Position numbers and translations under genes: made by a program. Shown here one piece after another: positions 52,215 through 64,000 of a stretch of DNA of 64,000 bases; the first letter of the stretch is position 1, and every line of letters begins with the position of its first letter. The DNA is from Nitrosopumilaceae archaeon (lineage in GTDB: Archaea; Thermoproteota; Nitrososphaeria; Nitrososphaerales; Nitrosopumilaceae), in assembly GCA_965209085.1 (NCBI GenBank), contig OZ242376.1, forward strand, positions 832,001 through 896,000, given 5' to 3'. The notes beneath the pieces are model-generated. The model saw only the letters and a program-made list of their open reading frames with translations, did not search any database and was not told where the DNA came from.

Positions 52215-52252
52215 GTATAAGATGCCATTTTATACCCCATTTGTGAAATTAC

Positions 52253-53143
52253 ATGATGAGCTATGCTGAACTGTACACCGGGGCCGGCCCGTTAATTTCA
52301 GGATCCTCTAAAGATAATCCTGCAGCATGCATATTTGGAGTACCCTTTGATTCGACGCATTCATACAAACCTGGGACGCGTTTTGGACCTGATGCCATAC
52401 GGGAGGCTTTTAACAATATCGAGGTATTTCATCCAAAACTTGGCGTGGATTTGGAGGATGTACCAGTGTATGATCTTGGAAATATACAGCATACAGTTGA
52501 TGTAAAATCAATGCTTGAAATGGTATCAAAAATAACCGGAGAGCTTGCGCAAAAAAACGTACCCGTGGTGATACTTGGCGGGGAGCACTCTATAACGTAT
52601 GGATCGTACATGGCATATCCCAAAGGTACCGGATACGTTGTATTTGATGCACACTATGATTTGCGGGACGGTTATATGGGATCAAAATTCAGCCATGCCT
52701 CGTATCTTTGCAGGATAATTGAGGAGCGCGGAGCGCAAGATATACTTCACGTTGGAGCTAGGGCGTATGGAAAAGATGAGCTAGCATTTGCCAAAGAGTG
52801 CAATTTGAAAACTGTAAGTGATGATGATATTCGTGCCGGATACGGACCGAAGATGGTTGCAGACTTTGTCTCAAAATATGATCACATGTATGCAAGTTTT
52901 GATCTAGACGTGCTTGATCCGGCATTTGCACCAGGGGTGGGCAGCCCCGAAGCTGCCGGGGCAAGCTCGCGCGAGCTATATGATATGATATCATCATTAA
53001 GTAAAAGCTGCATAGTGGGATCTGATATTGTAGAGCTAAACCCCACGTATGATAACGGCTCTACTGCTGTAATAGCTGCCAAGATACTCTCATGTGTGGT
53101 TGCCGGTGATGTTGCGCGCGTCAAAAATGATTCGCTTTTATAA
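52253..53143 (+). CDS. speB: Agmatinase
   Basis: GGEHSIT, FDAHYD, DLDVLDP. Confidence 0.9.
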   Translation: MMSYAELYTGAGPLISGSSKDNPAACIFGVPFDSTHSYKPGTRFGPDAIREAFNNIEVFHPKLGVDLEDVPVYDLGNIQHTVDVKSMLEMVSKITGELAQKNVPVVILGGEHSITYGSYMAYPKGTGYVVFDAHYDLRDGYMGSKFSHASYLCRIIEERGAQDILHVGARAYGKDELAFAKECNLKTVSDDDIRAGYGPKMVADFVSKYDHMYASFDLDVLDPAFAPGVGSPEAAGASSRELYDMISSLSKSCIVGSDIVELNPTYDNGSTAVIAAKILSCVVAGDVARVKNDSLL

Positions 53144-53164
53144 CAACGCTGAAAAGCCCCAAAC

Positions 53165-53752
53165 ATGCTTGATAAATTGCGCAAAGTTTTGGCACCCTTG
53201 CTTGAAAAATTGGGCACTATATTTGCCAAAACCGGAATATCCCCAAACACATGGACTATGGTTGGGCTTTGCCTCTCGTTTGCTGCAGCATTATCATACA
53301 CTGCATCTGAATGGGTGGATGGAGTGCAGGCCTGGCACGCAATAGTTGCAGGCAGCATTCTTTTGTTAGCTTCGGGATTTTTTGACATCGTAGATGGGCA
53401 GGTGGCGCGCGTGAGCAAAAATGTCACAAAAACCGGAGGGTTTTTGGATTCTGTATTTGACAGGGTTGCCGAAGTTGCCGTATTTTTTGGAATACTTGTG
53501 GGGGGGCATGCAGCCCCTCACGTGGTATTTCTTGCCGCAACATTATCCCTTTTGGTCAGTTATACAAGATCAAGAGCTGAATCTGCCGGCGTGCAGCTGC
53601 GCGGAGTGGGGATAGGTGAGAGGCCGGAGAGACTTTTGGTTATTGCACTAGTGGGTATGGCAGGATTTTTGGAATACGCGCTTGCCGCAGTGTGCGTAAT
53701 GGCCGGGGTAACCATTGTGCACCGCATATCTGCGACTGTAAAAAATATCTAA
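53165..53752 (+). CDS. CDP-alcohol phosphatidyltransferase (archaetidylinositol phosphate synthase-like)
   Basis: DIVDGQVAR...GGFLDSVFD signature. Confidence 0.88.
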   Translation: MLDKLRKVLAPLLEKLGTIFAKTGISPNTWTMVGLCLSFAAALSYTASEWVDGVQAWHAIVAGSILLLASGFFDIVDGQVARVSKNVTKTGGFLDSVFDRVAEVAVFFGILVGGHAAPHVVFLAATLSLLVSYTRSRAESAGVQLRGVGIGERPERLLVIALVGMAGFLEYALAAVCVMAGVTIVHRISATVKNI

Positions 53753-54036
53753 CGCAGACGGCCGCGCTGTCTGCGCGATGCCTCTGAGCGTATCTTTAGT
53801 ATGCCAAAGTGTATGGCACAGGATATACAGTACCATTTTAAAACACGCGGCGATGCAATATATGCCCCCTGGGCGCGGAGCTCTTTTGCCAAGGTATGCT
53901 CTACAAGATTCAGACGCGTTGTGATTTTCTTTGCCTTGTCTTTTGGCACAGTCTGACCGCAGTTTACGCATTGGACGGTACCGGATGAACCCTTGCCGCC
54001 TTTTCTGCGCCCTCTACTGGCTCTCTTTAATGGCAT
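53749..54036 (-). CDS. rps26e: 30S ribosomal protein eS26
   Basis: VQCVNCG..VPKDKA, YCISCAIH. Confidence 0.93.
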   Translation of the reverse strand: MPLKRASRGRRKGGKGSSGTVQCVNCGQTVPKDKAKKITTRLNLVEHTLAKELRAQGAYIASPRVLKWYCISCAIHFGILKIRSEASRRQRGRLR

Positions 54037-54199
54037 GATGGACATCAAATGAGGCTTGTTTATAATATTTTATAATTTGCACCAGACATCATACAATACC
54101 TTTCCATTTTTGGTAAAACACGCCTAAAAACCCGATATGTGGTGTGCACTGTTTGCAGTATATGGCAAAAAAAATATACTAGTACATGCAAAACAACTC

Positions 54200-55072
54200 A
54201 TGAAACTTGACGTATACTCGCACTGCTCAATTGACCATGTGGAGACTGAAAAAGGCGTATCCATACTGCCTGGAGGCTCTGCATGCTATTGCGGAATAAT
54301 GGCAAGGCACCTTGGCGCAGACGTTCATCTTGTAACGCGGTATGGGGCAGATTTTGCCGAATATGCCAAACTCTTTGATTATGAAAAAATAAACCATGCA
54401 AAGTCTTTGTGCGATATGCCCACCACGAGCTTTGAGATATGCCTCAAGGTTTTGCCAAGAACTCTGCGCTTGAAAAATCTCTGTGAGCCACTACAGTATG
54501 TTAAATCCGACTCTGATGGAATACTTGCATGTCCGATATTCTCTGAAATTGATTCAAATCTGTACAAAACGCTGCGGCAAAATGCCGGATTTTTATTCAT
54601 AGACCCGCATGGATTCATACGCGAGGAAAAAAACGGTCAGGTATCATCCCGTCGCATATCCATGGATTTTGATGGAGTTGATGCAGTAAAGGTGAATGAT
54701 GATGAGATGCAATCCCTTACAGGATGTACGGGGATTGAATCAGTGCGCATGTTACAGAACAAAGGCGCACAACACATACTGCACACGGATAACAATCTCT
54801 CCACACTGTACGTAAAGGATAGGGCATACTCGCTGTTAATTCCAAAGGGTGCACCAGCTGATACTGTGGGATTGGGGGATATACTTTCTGCAGCGTTTTG
54901 CACCACAATGATAAAGGAAAAGGATCATCTGTGGGCGTTTTGTTTTGCATGCGGGGCGGTGCAGGCAGCACGCGATTCTGGAAAACCCGGTCTTGAAAAA
55001 ATTCCAAGCAAAGGCTCGACTGTAACAAACGCCTCGTATTTTTACAATACAGTTGATTTTCGACAAATCTAA
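54200..55072 (+). CDS. PfkB-family carbohydrate kinase
   Basis: PGGS, KVNDDE, DTVGLGD. Confidence 0.85.
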   Translation: MKLDVYSHCSIDHVETEKGVSILPGGSACYCGIMARHLGADVHLVTRYGADFAEYAKLFDYEKINHAKSLCDMPTTSFEICLKVLPRTLRLKNLCEPLQYVKSDSDGILACPIFSEIDSNLYKTLRQNAGFLFIDPHGFIREEKNGQVSSRRISMDFDGVDAVKVNDDEMQSLTGCTGIESVRMLQNKGAQHILHTDNNLSTLYVKDRAYSLLIPKGAPADTVGLGDILSAAFCTTMIKEKDHLWAFCFACGAVQAARDSGKPGLEKIPSKGSTVTNASYFYNTVDFRQI

Positions 55073-55155
55073 AAAATGGCTGAAAATCTGGCAACCGCTG
55101 ACGGGTTTGAAATTGCATCAGAACCATTTTTATTAATCATAAAAAAGGCACGGAT

Positions 55156-55668
55156 ATGAAATTAGAGGAGAAGATTGCAGCCATTCCTGATTTTCCAAAA
55201 CCGGGCATACTGTTCAGGCATTTTGGGCCAATACTTGCCGATCCTCATGCGATGGAATACATGGTTGAAGAGTTTGCAAAAAACATAAACCCCTCAGAGG
55301 TTGACGCGTTTGTTGGGATTGAATCCCGGGGGTTTGTAATTGCCACAGCTTTGGCACTGCACTACAAAAAACCCATGATAATGATACGCAAAGCTGGAAA
55401 ATTGCCCGGTTCCACGCTAAAGATTTCATATGATATAGAATACGGATCCGATACCATGGAGCTTGAGACTGGCGCCATAACGCCGGATCAAAAAATAGTC
55501 ATATGTGATGACCTGCTAGCAACCGGTGGGACAGCAGCAGCTGCTGCAAGTTTAGTAAAAGAATCCGGCGGCAAGGTGGCAGCGTTTGCATTTGTAATAG
55601 AGCTTGGAGATTTGCAGGGCGGAAAAGTCATATCCTCATACAGGCGTGTATCTCTGGTGGTCTACTAG
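55156..55668 (+). CDS. apt: Adenine phosphoribosyltransferase
   Basis: PDFPKPGILF, ESRGF, RKAGKLP, DDLLATGGT. Confidence 0.95.
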   Translation: MKLEEKIAAIPDFPKPGILFRHFGPILADPHAMEYMVEEFAKNINPSEVDAFVGIESRGFVIATALALHYKKPMIMIRKAGKLPGSTLKISYDIEYGSDTMELETGAITPDQKIVICDDLLATGGTAAAAASLVKESGGKVAAFAFVIELGDLQGGKVISSYRRVSLVVY

Positions 55669-56460
55669 ATGGATAGTGCGGAAATTGGAATAATCGGCGG
55701 TACTGGGATATACGATCCTGGACTGTTAAATGATGGAAAACAGATACGCGTGCAAACCCCGTACGGTAATCCATCAGAGGATATAACTTTGGGCGAATAC
55801 TGCGGGAGAAAAGTTGCATTCATACCGCGACATGGAAAAAAACACACCATACTGCCGCACATGATAAATTATCGTGCAAACATTTGGGCGCTAAAGGAAC
55901 TGGGAGTAAAGCGCATAGTATCCCCATCAGCTGTGGGCAGTCTAAAAGAGGATTTACCGCCCGGCTCGTTTGTTCTGCCATCGCAGTTTGTTGATTTTAC
56001 AAAATCCCGAATCACCACGTTTTCAAAAGAGGGGGACGTCTTTCACATATCCTCAGCTGATCCGTTTTGCCCGCAAATGCAGGATGTAATATTGGATGCT
56101 GCCAAAAAGTCAGGACTGAAACTGCACACAGAGCGCACCTATGTATGCATAGAGGGGCCGCGTTTTTCAACTAGGGCCGAATCAAATTTTTTCAGAACCG
56201 CAGTCAACGCGGACATTATCGGGATGACTTTATCCCCAGAGTGCCAGCTTGCGCGCGAGGCTCAGATATGTTATACCTCAATTGCCACAGTAACTGACTA
56301 TGATGTATGGGCGGACAAACCTGTCACCACAAAAGAGGTGATAGAGACGCTCAACAAAAACGCCGAATCCATCAAAAAACTGCTAGCAGAAATGGTCGGC
56401 GCGGTTCCAGAAACCCACTCGTGTAAATGCTCCAACGCGCTTGATGAGGCTCGTTTTTAA
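55669..56460 (+). CDS. mtnP: 5'-methylthioadenosine phosphorylase
   Basis: [33 protein letters not shown]. Confidence 0.93.
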   Translation: MDSAEIGIIGGTGIYDPGLLNDGKQIRVQTPYGNPSEDITLGEYCGRKVAFIPRHGKKHTILPHMINYRANIWALKELGVKRIVSPSAVGSLKEDLPPGSFVLPSQFVDFTKSRITTFSKEGDVFHISSADPFCPQMQDVILDAAKKSGLKLHTERTYVCIEGPRFSTRAESNFFRTAVNADIIGMTLSPECQLAREAQICYTSIATVTDYDVWADKPVTTKEVIETLNKNAESIKKLLAEMVGAVPETHSCKCSNALDEARF

Positions 56461-56741
56461 TCATCGATGAATTTTTCTTTTGTAACATTATCTGGTATGC
56501 TCAATTTGCCTTCAAGCAGGTCTTTTTGTAAATCCATTGCCACCTCTTCAGGATCAAGACCTGCGTCTTTGAGTGATGATTGTACGCTCTCTGAGAGCTT
56601 TACGCCGACGTTTTGCCCCCCGATGCGTCCAAATGCAATGGCTGTAAAATCAAGCCTCATGCCTGATGCGGAAAACTTGCCCATTATTTTGGCGGCCATC
56701 TGAGAACCTTCTATCTCATCAACGTGCACGTCAAGATTCAT
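56457..56741 (-). CDS. Hypothetical protein
   Basis: Overlapping operon-like ORF. Confidence 0.7.
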   Translation of the reverse strand: MNLDVHVDEIEGSQMAAKIMGKFSASGMRLDFTAIAFGRIGGQNVGVKLSESVQSSLKDAGLDPEEVAMDLQKDLLEGKLSIPDNVTKEKFIDD

Positions 56742-57183
56742 TTTGTATCTCTACTGCCATGTTTACATTGTCTTTTACAAGAAAACTCCAGTGATCAGGG
56801 CTGTTTATTTTATAGTCAAAGACATCTAGCTGGAGAACCTTCTCCCCAAGACACTCATGCTGCAGGGGTGAGTCTTTTTTTATTTTTACAAGCCTCCACT
56901 TTTCCTTGTCTTTTTGCAGCTTGCATATTGACACTGCCCATTGCTCGTCGGATTCTATCTTTGGCATGCCTACAATGTCCGCAATAGCCTCTATGCCAAG
57001 CTGTTTCTCCTCGCAAAATATCATCATGCATATGCCGCATCTCCAAATATCAACAGAACCAATTGTTTTCTCGTCCACATTTACGTTGATTACGCCATAG
57101 TACGTTGTCTGATGTTTGCAGCTACTCTTTTCTGACACTAATTGGGATGGTTTGGCGGCATTATTTAGCCCTTGCATGCTCAT
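56731..57183 (-). CDS. Hypothetical Cys-containing protein
   Basis: Overlapping operon-like ORF, WRCxxC. Confidence 0.7.
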   Translation of the reverse strand: MSMQGLNNAAKPSQLVSEKSSCKHQTTYYGVINVNVDEKTIGSVDIWRCGICMMIFCEEKQLGIEAIADIVGMPKIESDEQWAVSICKLQKDKEKWRLVKIKKDSPLQHECLGEKVLQLDVFDYKINSPDHWSFLVKDNVNMAVEIQNES

Positions 57184-57514
57184 AGTGCCTCTCTAATGCA
57201 GCCCCAATGCTGTCGACGGTTTTATTTCTGCCAAATGCGGCACCTGTACTCTCGCATCTTCTCCTGTACATGTTTACGACTGTAAATCTTGGATGCATGG
57301 CCTCGTATGAGCTGCCAGGCATGTCTATAAACGCTCCAAGCCTCATCAGCGATTCTGCTGCATGCAGGGCATCATCTTTGCCAATCTTCAGATTTGCTGC
57401 AATTTCAGGTACCGTGGATGCCCCGTTGGCAGTAACGTGCAAGAATACCCTTGCATGCATTTCATCAAGACCAATCTCAGATACGAGCATCTCTACAAAC
57501 TGTTCCATACGCAC
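57161..57514 (-). CDS. TrmB-like winged-helix protein
   Basis: IGL....ARVF...GASTVPEIA..L HTH pattern. Confidence 0.65.
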   Translation of the reverse strand: MRMEQFVEMLVSEIGLDEMHARVFLHVTANGASTVPEIAANLKIGKDDALHAAESLMRLGAFIDMPGSSYEAMHPRFTVVNMYRRRCESTGAAFGRNKTVDSIGAALERHYEHARAK

Positions 57515-57534
57515 AAGACCCTAGTGTATGCACG

Positions 57535-57747
57535 CTATATTTTAAGGGCTGCGAGCTTTTTGTATATTCTGAAAGAAAATCCCAGTGCGATAAAATGCAC
57601 AATGCCGCCTGCAATGCCTGCTGTGAGCACATCATTTAGGATATGATACGCTGCAAAGAATACGCCAAGTGAGGGACCGGTGAGAATGCACGCTAGCATG
57701 GTGCTGCGAATTATGGTGGCTCTTGTGCCTGCAGGTTTCTTATCCAT
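57535..57747 (-). CDS. Small two-helix membrane protein
   Basis: Two hydrophobic segments. Confidence 0.6.
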   Translation of the reverse strand: MDKKPAGTRATIIRSTMLACILTGPSLGVFFAAYHILNDVLTAGIAGGIVHFIALGFSFRIYKKLAALKI

Positions 57748-57972
57748 GCACGCTGTCTTTTACATCTGTAATAAAAACTGCTAGAGATGTTTTGTAACAT
57801 TTTGATGAAAAACCAACAAAAATGAAGAATAATCCCAAAAACTGCCAAAAGAGGATACAATATTAGATTGGTGGTAGACGTTAATTCTATAACTGTAAAT
57901 TTAATTGCATCAGGTTTACCTAATAATTCAGATAAGTTTGGATAGTCTTACAATGTTGGCATAATTTATGCG

Positions 57973-59574
57973 CTATTTTTTTGCACACGATGAGACAAAC
58001 GCCCGAAAAATATCCTCTGAAAAACCGGGTCTGCTGTCAAATTCCGGATGGTACTGCACGCCGATGAAAAATTCATTGGCAGGATATTCGAGTATCTCCC
58101 TGCGGAGTCCGTTATCGCTGCTGGCCGAAAACACTATGCCGCCATCGGCGAACGCATCAGCATACTCTGGATTTATCTCGTATCTGTGGCGGTGTCTTTT
58201 GGATATGGTATCTGTACCATACGTTTTGTGAGCTAGTGTGTCACTTTTTATTTGGATTTGATTTTCCCCAAGCCGCAAAGATCCGCCCATGTCTGTGACG
58301 TTTTTTTGCTCAGGTAGATAGTCCACCACGGGGTCTTTGCAGTTTTTATCAATCTCTGTTGAATCTGCCCCGCTTATGCTGCAGACTTTGCGCGCAAGTG
58401 CCACTGCGGCAAGCTGGAATCCAAAACATATTCCAAGGTATGGGATATTATATTCTGCAGCATATGATGCAGTTTTAATGATGCCATCTGAGCCGCGGCT
58501 TCCAAAGCCTCCGGGAATTAAAATACCATCATACCCGTCAAGTTTCTCAGGAATTGCCTCTGAATCAATCAGTTTTATCTCAACTCTTACCCCGCATGAT
58601 GCACCCGCGTGCTTTAGCGCCTCTGCAACGCTGACATAGCTGTCCGGCAAAGTGACATATTTGCCCACCATGGCGACACTTACAGTCCCATCTGCATTGG
58701 CAAGCGATGCGACAGTTTTATTCCACGCATCCCAGTTTGCAGATGCATCAACAATGCCGGTCATGCCGAATTTTTTAAAAAGAGAGTTTACAACTCCCTG
58801 TTTGTATAAAATATCAGGAATTGAATATATCGAGGGGGCATCGTGCGATGAGAGCACGTTTGATGTTGGAACGTTTGTAAAAAGTGCAAGTTTCTCCTGC
58901 GTTTTCTTCTCCAATTTCTTTGAGCATCTGATTGCAAGATAGTCCGGCTGTATTCCAATTCTGCGAAGCTCCTGCACGCTGTGCTGTGTGGGTTTTGTTT
59001 TTTGCTCGCCTACCACGTCAAGTGATGGTGCCAGCGTAACGTGGACAAACACCACGTTGGATGCATCCTCCTCTACACGCATCTGCCGTAACGCCTCCAA
59101 AAACGGCAGACTCTCAATATCGCCGACTGTTCCGCCGCATTCCACAACTAGCATGTCAAGCTCCTCTTTTAGCGCTATTTCGCGTAAAGTCTCCTTTATG
59201 TGATCTGTAATGTGCGGTATTATCTGCACGCATGCCCCAAGATACTCACCGCGCCTCTCTTTTTCTATTACTCTAGAGTATATCTGCGCTGTTGTAATAT
59301 TGTGTAATTTTGAAATATCCTGGTTTAAAAATCTCTCGTAATTTCCAATATCCATGTCACATTCGCCGCCATCCTTTGTAACGTAAACCTCGCCATGGGC
59401 CGTAGGGTTCATTGTACCTGCATCATAGTTTAGGTATGGATCTATCTTTACGCAGGAGACTTTTTGATTTGCAAGCTGTAAAAGTTTTGCAATCGAGGAG
59501 GAGATAATCCCTTTACCGAGACCGGACATGACGCCCCCGGTTACAAAGATGTACCTTGTATCCTGCACAATCAT
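57973..59574 (-). CDS. pyrG: CTP synthase
   Basis: [44 protein letters not shown]. Confidence 0.97.
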   Translation of the reverse strand: MIVQDTRYIFVTGGVMSGLGKGIISSSIAKLLQLANQKVSCVKIDPYLNYDAGTMNPTAHGEVYVTKDGGECDMDIGNYERFLNQDISKLHNITTAQIYSRVIEKERRGEYLGACVQIIPHITDHIKETLREIALKEELDMLVVECGGTVGDIESLPFLEALRQMRVEEDASNVVFVHVTLAPSLDVVGEQKTKPTQHSVQELRRIGIQPDYLAIRCSKKLEKKTQEKLALFTNVPTSNVLSSHDAPSIYSIPDILYKQGVVNSLFKKFGMTGIVDASANWDAWNKTVASLANADGTVSVAMVGKYVTLPDSYVSVAEALKHAGASCGVRVEIKLIDSEAIPEKLDGYDGILIPGGFGSRGSDGIIKTASYAAEYNIPYLGICFGFQLAAVALARKVCSISGADSTEIDKNCKDPVVDYLPEQKNVTDMGGSLRLGENQIQIKSDTLAHKTYGTDTISKRHRHRYEINPEYADAFADGGIVFSASSDNGLRREILEYPANEFFIGVQYHPEFDSRPGFSEDIFRAFVSSCAKK

Positions 59575-59656
59575 ATATGATGCAGGCAGTTTATGTGGGT
59601 TATGCCCAAAGACTGCCGCATTATGCTGATTTACGCCTAGATGAAAAAGATCATCT

Positions 59657-60463
59657 CTAAACCGTATCTAGGCGTGTTTTTACTTTGCGCGTAAACTCTC
59701 TTGTTCGAGTTCCAAGGCGTGCCCGCCCCACCTCTGCAATCCTAACGTATGCACTGCCGATAATTACCGCATCAGCGCCAGCTTGCGCATATTTTGCCGC
59801 ATCCTCAGCTGAGCTAATGCCAAAACCTGCCCCGACAGGAAGGGACAAACCTGTTGTTTTTCTTGCCGCACGTATGGCCTTTAGAGTGTATGAGCTGATC
59901 TTTGAGCGCGAACCTGTGGTACCATATACGGCAACCATGTACAAAAATCCAGTCGAGATTGAGGCTATCCTGGCAAGCCGTTCTTTTTTTGTGTTCGGTG
60001 ATGCAAGAAAAACGGTGCAGAGATTTTTACTCCTAGCTGCTGCAAGATACTCGCCGGACTCTTCAAGTGAGATGTCCGGAATGATAAACCCGTCAAGTCC
60101 AGCATTTGCTGCATCCTCTGAGATTTGCTCATATCCGCGCGAGCAGAGTATGTTCGCATACGTCATCATAAGCAGCGGGGTTTTAGGATGCATCCTGCGT
60201 ACTTTGCGCACGATTTTAAAATACGCATCAAGGTTCATGCCGCCTTTTAGTGAAACAGTGGACGCTTTTTGTATCGCCTTGCCGTCTGCGAGCGGATCCG
60301 AGAATGGAAATCCAATTTCCACAATATCCGCACCACCCTCTATCATTGCATTAATCATCTCAATTGTCCCATTCTTGTCCGGATATCCTGCCATTGCATA
60401 TGTGATCAAAACTTTACTTTTCGCACAGCGCCTCTCATCAAAAAGATTCTCAATCCTAGACAT
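59657..60463 (-). CDS. trpA: Tryptophan synthase alpha chain
   Basis: [17 protein letters not shown]. Confidence 0.95.
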   Translation of the reverse strand: MSRIENLFDERRCAKSKVLITYAMAGYPDKNGTIEMINAMIEGGADIVEIGFPFSDPLADGKAIQKASTVSLKGGMNLDAYFKIVRKVRRMHPKTPLLMMTYANILCSRGYEQISEDAANAGLDGFIIPDISLEESGEYLAAARSKNLCTVFLASPNTKKERLARIASISTGFLYMVAVYGTTGSRSKISSYTLKAIRAARKTTGLSLPVGAGFGISSAEDAAKYAQAGADAVIIGSAYVRIAEVGRARLGTRTREFTRKVKTRLDTV

Positions 60464-61655
60464 GTTTTTTTCCACCCTTTGCAATGTATGATTCCACTAT
60501 CTGCACGTCTTTATCCCCTCTGCCTGAGAGCGTTACAACTAGGGATGATTTTTTTGGCATTTTTCTTGCAATCTTTACAGCTTTGGCAATCGCATGCGAT
60601 GATTCAAGCGCCGGAATAATCCCTTCAGTCTTTGTCAAAAGCAAAAATGCATCAACTGCCTCTTTATCTGTTGCAGCATCATACAAGACCCTGCCAGTCT
60701 CCTTGAGATTGGCATGCTCCGGACCCACCCCTGGATAATCAAGGCCAGCTGATATGCTGTGAGCCTCTTTTACCTGCCCCTGAGAATCTTGCAGCAAATA
60801 TGTCATCATGCCATGCAACACGCCTCTTTTGCCGGCAGTGAGGCTTGCTGAATGCATACCTGAATTCAATCCAGTGCCTGCCGCCTCGATGCCAAACAAT
60901 TTTGTCCTTGTGTGTACAAGCGGATAAAACGTGCCAATTGCATTAGACCCCCCGCCCACGCACGCCACTGCTGCATCCGGTTCTGTATCATACTCTTTGC
61001 GCATCTGAGATAATATCTCCTCCCCTATGACGCTTTGAAAATCGCGCACCATTGTCGGGTATGGGTGCGGGCCAACAGCTGAGCCTAAAAGATAGTATGT
61101 ATCTGAAACATTTGATATCCAGTCGCGTATGGCCTCATTTATCGCATCCTTTAACGTACAGCTGCCCGAATCCACAGGTATAACCGGTGTTCCCAAAAGT
61201 TTCATTCTAAAAACATTGAGTGACTGCCGTTTGATATCCTCACTTCCCATGTAAACTGTTGATCTCATTTGCAGCCGCGCGCACGCCATTGCAGTGGCCA
61301 CTCCGTGCTGTCCGGCTCCAGTCTCTGCTAGTATGCGTTTTTTGCCCATGCGTTTTGCAAGCAGTGCCTGCCCCAAAGCATTGTTTATCTTGTGCGCCCC
61401 GCCGTGCAAGAGATCCTCGCGTTTTAGATATATCTTTGCCCCTCCCGCATACTTTGTGAGAGTCTGTGCATAATACATCGGGGTGGGCCGTCCAGCAAAC
61501 GTTCTTAGATGCTCTGAGAGCTCTTTTTTAAATCCGGAATCTTTGCGCATTTTTATATAATAATTTTCCAGCTCATCAAGGGCCGGAACGAGTGTTTCAG
61601 GAACATACCTGCCGCCAAACCTGCCAAACCTGCCGTTCTTTGGATATGCATTCAT
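60456..61655 (-). CDS. trpB: Tryptophan synthase beta chain
   Basis: [36 protein letters not shown]. Confidence 0.97.
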   Translation of the reverse strand: MNAYPKNGRFGRFGGRYVPETLVPALDELENYYIKMRKDSGFKKELSEHLRTFAGRPTPMYYAQTLTKYAGGAKIYLKREDLLHGGAHKINNALGQALLAKRMGKKRILAETGAGQHGVATAMACARLQMRSTVYMGSEDIKRQSLNVFRMKLLGTPVIPVDSGSCTLKDAINEAIRDWISNVSDTYYLLGSAVGPHPYPTMVRDFQSVIGEEILSQMRKEYDTEPDAAVACVGGGSNAIGTFYPLVHTRTKLFGIEAAGTGLNSGMHSASLTAGKRGVLHGMMTYLLQDSQGQVKEAHSISAGLDYPGVGPEHANLKETGRVLYDAATDKEAVDAFLLLTKTEGIIPALESSHAIAKAVKIARKMPKKSSLVVTLSGRGDKDVQIVESYIAKGGKKHV

Positions 61656-62425
61656 CAGTATGCCTCCGCCAATTCTTTTGTCGCAGCACATACATCATCA
61701 CTTGACATAATGCCCGAGCCTACAAGAAACCCTCTGGCACCGGATGCATGCATTGCTGCAACATCTTTGGCGTTTTTTATCCCGCTCTCTGCTACAAACA
61801 ATCCACAGCTTTTGTCTTTTAACAGTCTTGCAACAGTACTAGTATCCACCTGTAGCGTCTGCAGACTGCGGTTGTTTATCCCGATTAGATCCGCTCCAGC
61901 ATCTGATGCAAGATTCATCTCGTCTTTTGTATGAACCTCTAGCAGTACTTTAAGATCGTTTTGGTGCGCATACTCTGTCATTTTTCTGATTTGACCATCC
62001 TCGTATAATGCCTGTATGAGCAGTATGTAATCAGCACCCATTCTCTTACCTGCATCAATTTGCACCTCATCTATGATTATATCCTTCATCAAAATTGGAA
62101 TATTGACAGCTTTTCTTGCCTGTATGAGATTTTCAGGCGAACCTGAAAACATGTGCGGCTGCGTTAAAACAGAGAGTGCAGAGGCACCGCCCTTTACCAT
62201 ATCTTGTGCAATAACTGCAGCATCCCCGTCTTTTCGGATTTTACCAGCAGAGGGTGATGCATATTTTATCTCGCATATGAGCGTCGGGTGCTCATCTTTT
62301 AGCATTGCATTCTTTAAATCAAATTTAGAGCGCATTTTTGAAAAATCCCCGTCAATTTCATACACGCCTGAATCAATGGCTTTGTGGGAATTCTCAACCA
62401 GTTTTTCCAGTATGTTTTCAGGCAT
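61655..62425 (-). CDS. trpC: Indole-3-glycerol phosphate synthase
   Basis: [22 protein letters not shown]. Confidence 0.95.
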   Translation of the reverse strand: MPENILEKLVENSHKAIDSGVYEIDGDFSKMRSKFDLKNAMLKDEHPTLICEIKYASPSAGKIRKDGDAAVIAQDMVKGGASALSVLTQPHMFSGSPENLIQARKAVNIPILMKDIIIDEVQIDAGKRMGADYILLIQALYEDGQIRKMTEYAHQNDLKVLLEVHTKDEMNLASDAGADLIGINNRSLQTLQVDTSTVARLLKDKSCGLFVAESGIKNAKDVAAMHASGARGFLVGSGIMSSDDVCAATKELAEAY

Positions 62426-63464
62426 TTGCGCGAATCCCCTCCAAAAGCTCTACTTTGCCGCAGTATTTTACAAATGATTCAAGATGTTTTGCAGCTTTGC
62501 CGGATTTTACAGCATTCATAGACTCTTCAAATCCTTGGGACATATTCTTGCTCAAATTTGCCGCAATCATGGCAGCTGCGGCATTCATGCAGACAGTATC
62601 GCATATTGCATGCGATGAGGTGCCATCGATTGCACCGACAAATTTTTCAAACGCATCTATCTTACCTGCAACCTGCAGATCTGCCATATTGCATTCTTGC
62701 AATCCAAGATCTTTTGGAGATATGGTGTATTCATTTACCCCCTCCAAATCGGATTCAAGTATGCGGCTAGGGCCAGCAGATGATAACTCGTCCATTCCGG
62801 ATTTTGATGTAACGGCGAGCACTTTATTTGAGCCGCTCTTTAGGAGAATTTTTGAAATTCTCCCCAGTAAATCCGCAGATGATACCCCCACGAGATGTTT
62901 TTTAACGCGTGCCGGATTGCACATGGGTCCGAGCAGATTAAACACGGTTCTTTTGCCAACCAATTCTCTTGCCTTTGCAACATATCTCATGGATGGATGG
63001 TATTGCGGGGCAAACATAAAGCACACGTTGGTTTTTTCAATGCACAATGCTGCCTCCTCTGGTGGAGCATACAGGTTGCATCCAAGCGCCTCAAATATGT
63101 CCGCACTCCCGACAGCACCGGAGCTTGATCTGTTGCCGTGTTTTGCAACCGCACATCCAACCGATGATGCGATAAATGCCGCAGCTGTGGATATGTTTAC
63201 CGTCCGCAGTCCGTCCCCGCCTGTACCGCACACGTCTATGGCATCCGGATTTGCAATATTCACTGTAATGGCTGCCTCGCGCATGGCGCGCAGCATTCCT
63301 GAAATCTCCTTGTCTGTCTCCCCCTTTGCACACAGACCGTTTAGTATTGTAGTAATTTGATCCACACTTGTATAGCCGTTGAGAATCCCGGACATCATAA
63401 TGTATGATCTCTCCTCTGAAATGTCTATCCCGTCGCGTATTGATGCTATGGAATCTGAGATCAT
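62418..63464 (-). CDS. trpD: Anthranilate phosphoribosyltransferase
   Basis: DVCGTGGDG, NIST, KHGNR, RTVFNLLGP. Confidence 0.96.
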   Translation of the reverse strand: MISDSIASIRDGIDISEERSYIMMSGILNGYTSVDQITTILNGLCAKGETDKEISGMLRAMREAAITVNIANPDAIDVCGTGGDGLRTVNISTAAAFIASSVGCAVAKHGNRSSSGAVGSADIFEALGCNLYAPPEEAALCIEKTNVCFMFAPQYHPSMRYVAKARELVGKRTVFNLLGPMCNPARVKKHLVGVSSADLLGRISKILLKSGSNKVLAVTSKSGMDELSSAGPSRILESDLEGVNEYTISPKDLGLQECNMADLQVAGKIDAFEKFVGAIDGTSSHAICDTVCMNAAAAMIAANLSKNMSQGFEESMNAVKSGKAAKHLESFVKYCGKVELLEGIRANA

Positions 63465-64000
63465 ATCTTACTCCGGACAAATTTTACAAAATTGCCCAGT
63501 ATCTTTTTCCCATCGGGCGTCATTATGGATTCTGGATGAAACTGGACCCCGATTATAGGATATGATTTGTGTCTTATGGCCATTATCTCCCCATCATCAT
63601 CAGCATTTGCTATGACTTTGAGCGTATCTGGAATGGATTCAGCAGAGCCGACTAGTGAGTGGTATCTTGTAGCCTGGAACGGGTTTGAAACGCCCTCAAA
63701 GAGCGCATCCCCGTCGTGGGTTATGCTGCTTGTTTTACCATGCCGTACGCTGGCAGCATTTGTTATAGTACCGCCAAATGCGGATATTATTCCCTGATGT
63801 CCAAGGCATATTCCAAGTATTGGTATATGCTGGCCGCATTTTTTTATCACCTCCAAGCACGCCCCAAAATACCTGACCTGCTCGGGAGTACCTGGACCGG
63901 GAGATATTATTATGGCATCATATCCTGCACCATCTGCCTGTTTTGAGCTTAGCATATCATTTCGCACAACCTCGCACTCTACTCCAAGTTCTCCAAGATA
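63461..64000 (-). CDS. trpG: Anthranilate synthase component II (5' end beyond window)
   Basis: ISPGPG, GICLGHQ, RYHSL, QFHPES. Confidence 0.93.
   Translation of the reverse strand, partial: YLGELGVECEVVRNDMLSSKQADGAGYDAIIISPGPGTPEQVRYFGACLEVIKKCGQHIPILGICLGHQGIISAFGGTITNAASVRHGKTSSITHDGDALFEGVSNPFQATRYHSLVGSAESIPDTLKVIANADDDGEIMAIRHKSYPIIGVQFHPESIMTPDGKKILGNFVKFVRSKI

Noticed and set aside
48954-56460. dys, speB, apt and mtnP proximity as a new polyamine system
   Set aside because: Standard housekeeping genes interspersed with thrS and rps26e.
57780-57960. AT-rich spacer with a short hydrophobic minus-strand frame
   Set aside because: No clear start codon or motif; cannot be supported as a gene.

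Overview
Archaeal chromosome segment; the gene set and protein sequences point to Nitrososphaerota/Thaumarchaeota (Nitrosopumilaceae-like). The heavy IS load suggests a host-associated lineage, which is inference. Housekeeping blocks cover about 1.7-11.1 kb (hacAB-type and leuCD dehydratases, rps9/rpl13/rpl18e/rpoD, ino1, tRNA-Ser, fen) and 35.9-64 kb (rpl40e, sucCD, ileS, purD/folD/purN, dys, thrS, speB, apt, mtnP, pyrG, trpABCDG). Between them lies an approximately 24.6 kb AT-rich accessory island (about 11.15-35.75 kb) anchored at an intron-containing tRNA-Val(CAC). Its left part holds secreted proteins with tandem repeats of N-glycosylation sequons, inside an IS630-bounded inverted duplication. 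It also holds many nested IS elements (IS3, IS630, IS66, IS5/ISL2-like, IS110), a NucS-like nuclease and a decayed AbiE toxin-antitoxin pair. Its right part is an 8.2 kb att-bounded element with a dead tyrosine integrase. This element carries an intact single-chain Type IIG restriction-modification gene. It also carries the best novelty candidate: a cytoplasmic S8 protease translationally coupled to a small PD-(D/E)xK nuclease, preceded by an unannotated 52-aa Cys-rich micro-ORF and lacking the AAA ATPase partner of IetAS. All family assignments come from motif recognition by eye; no searches were run.
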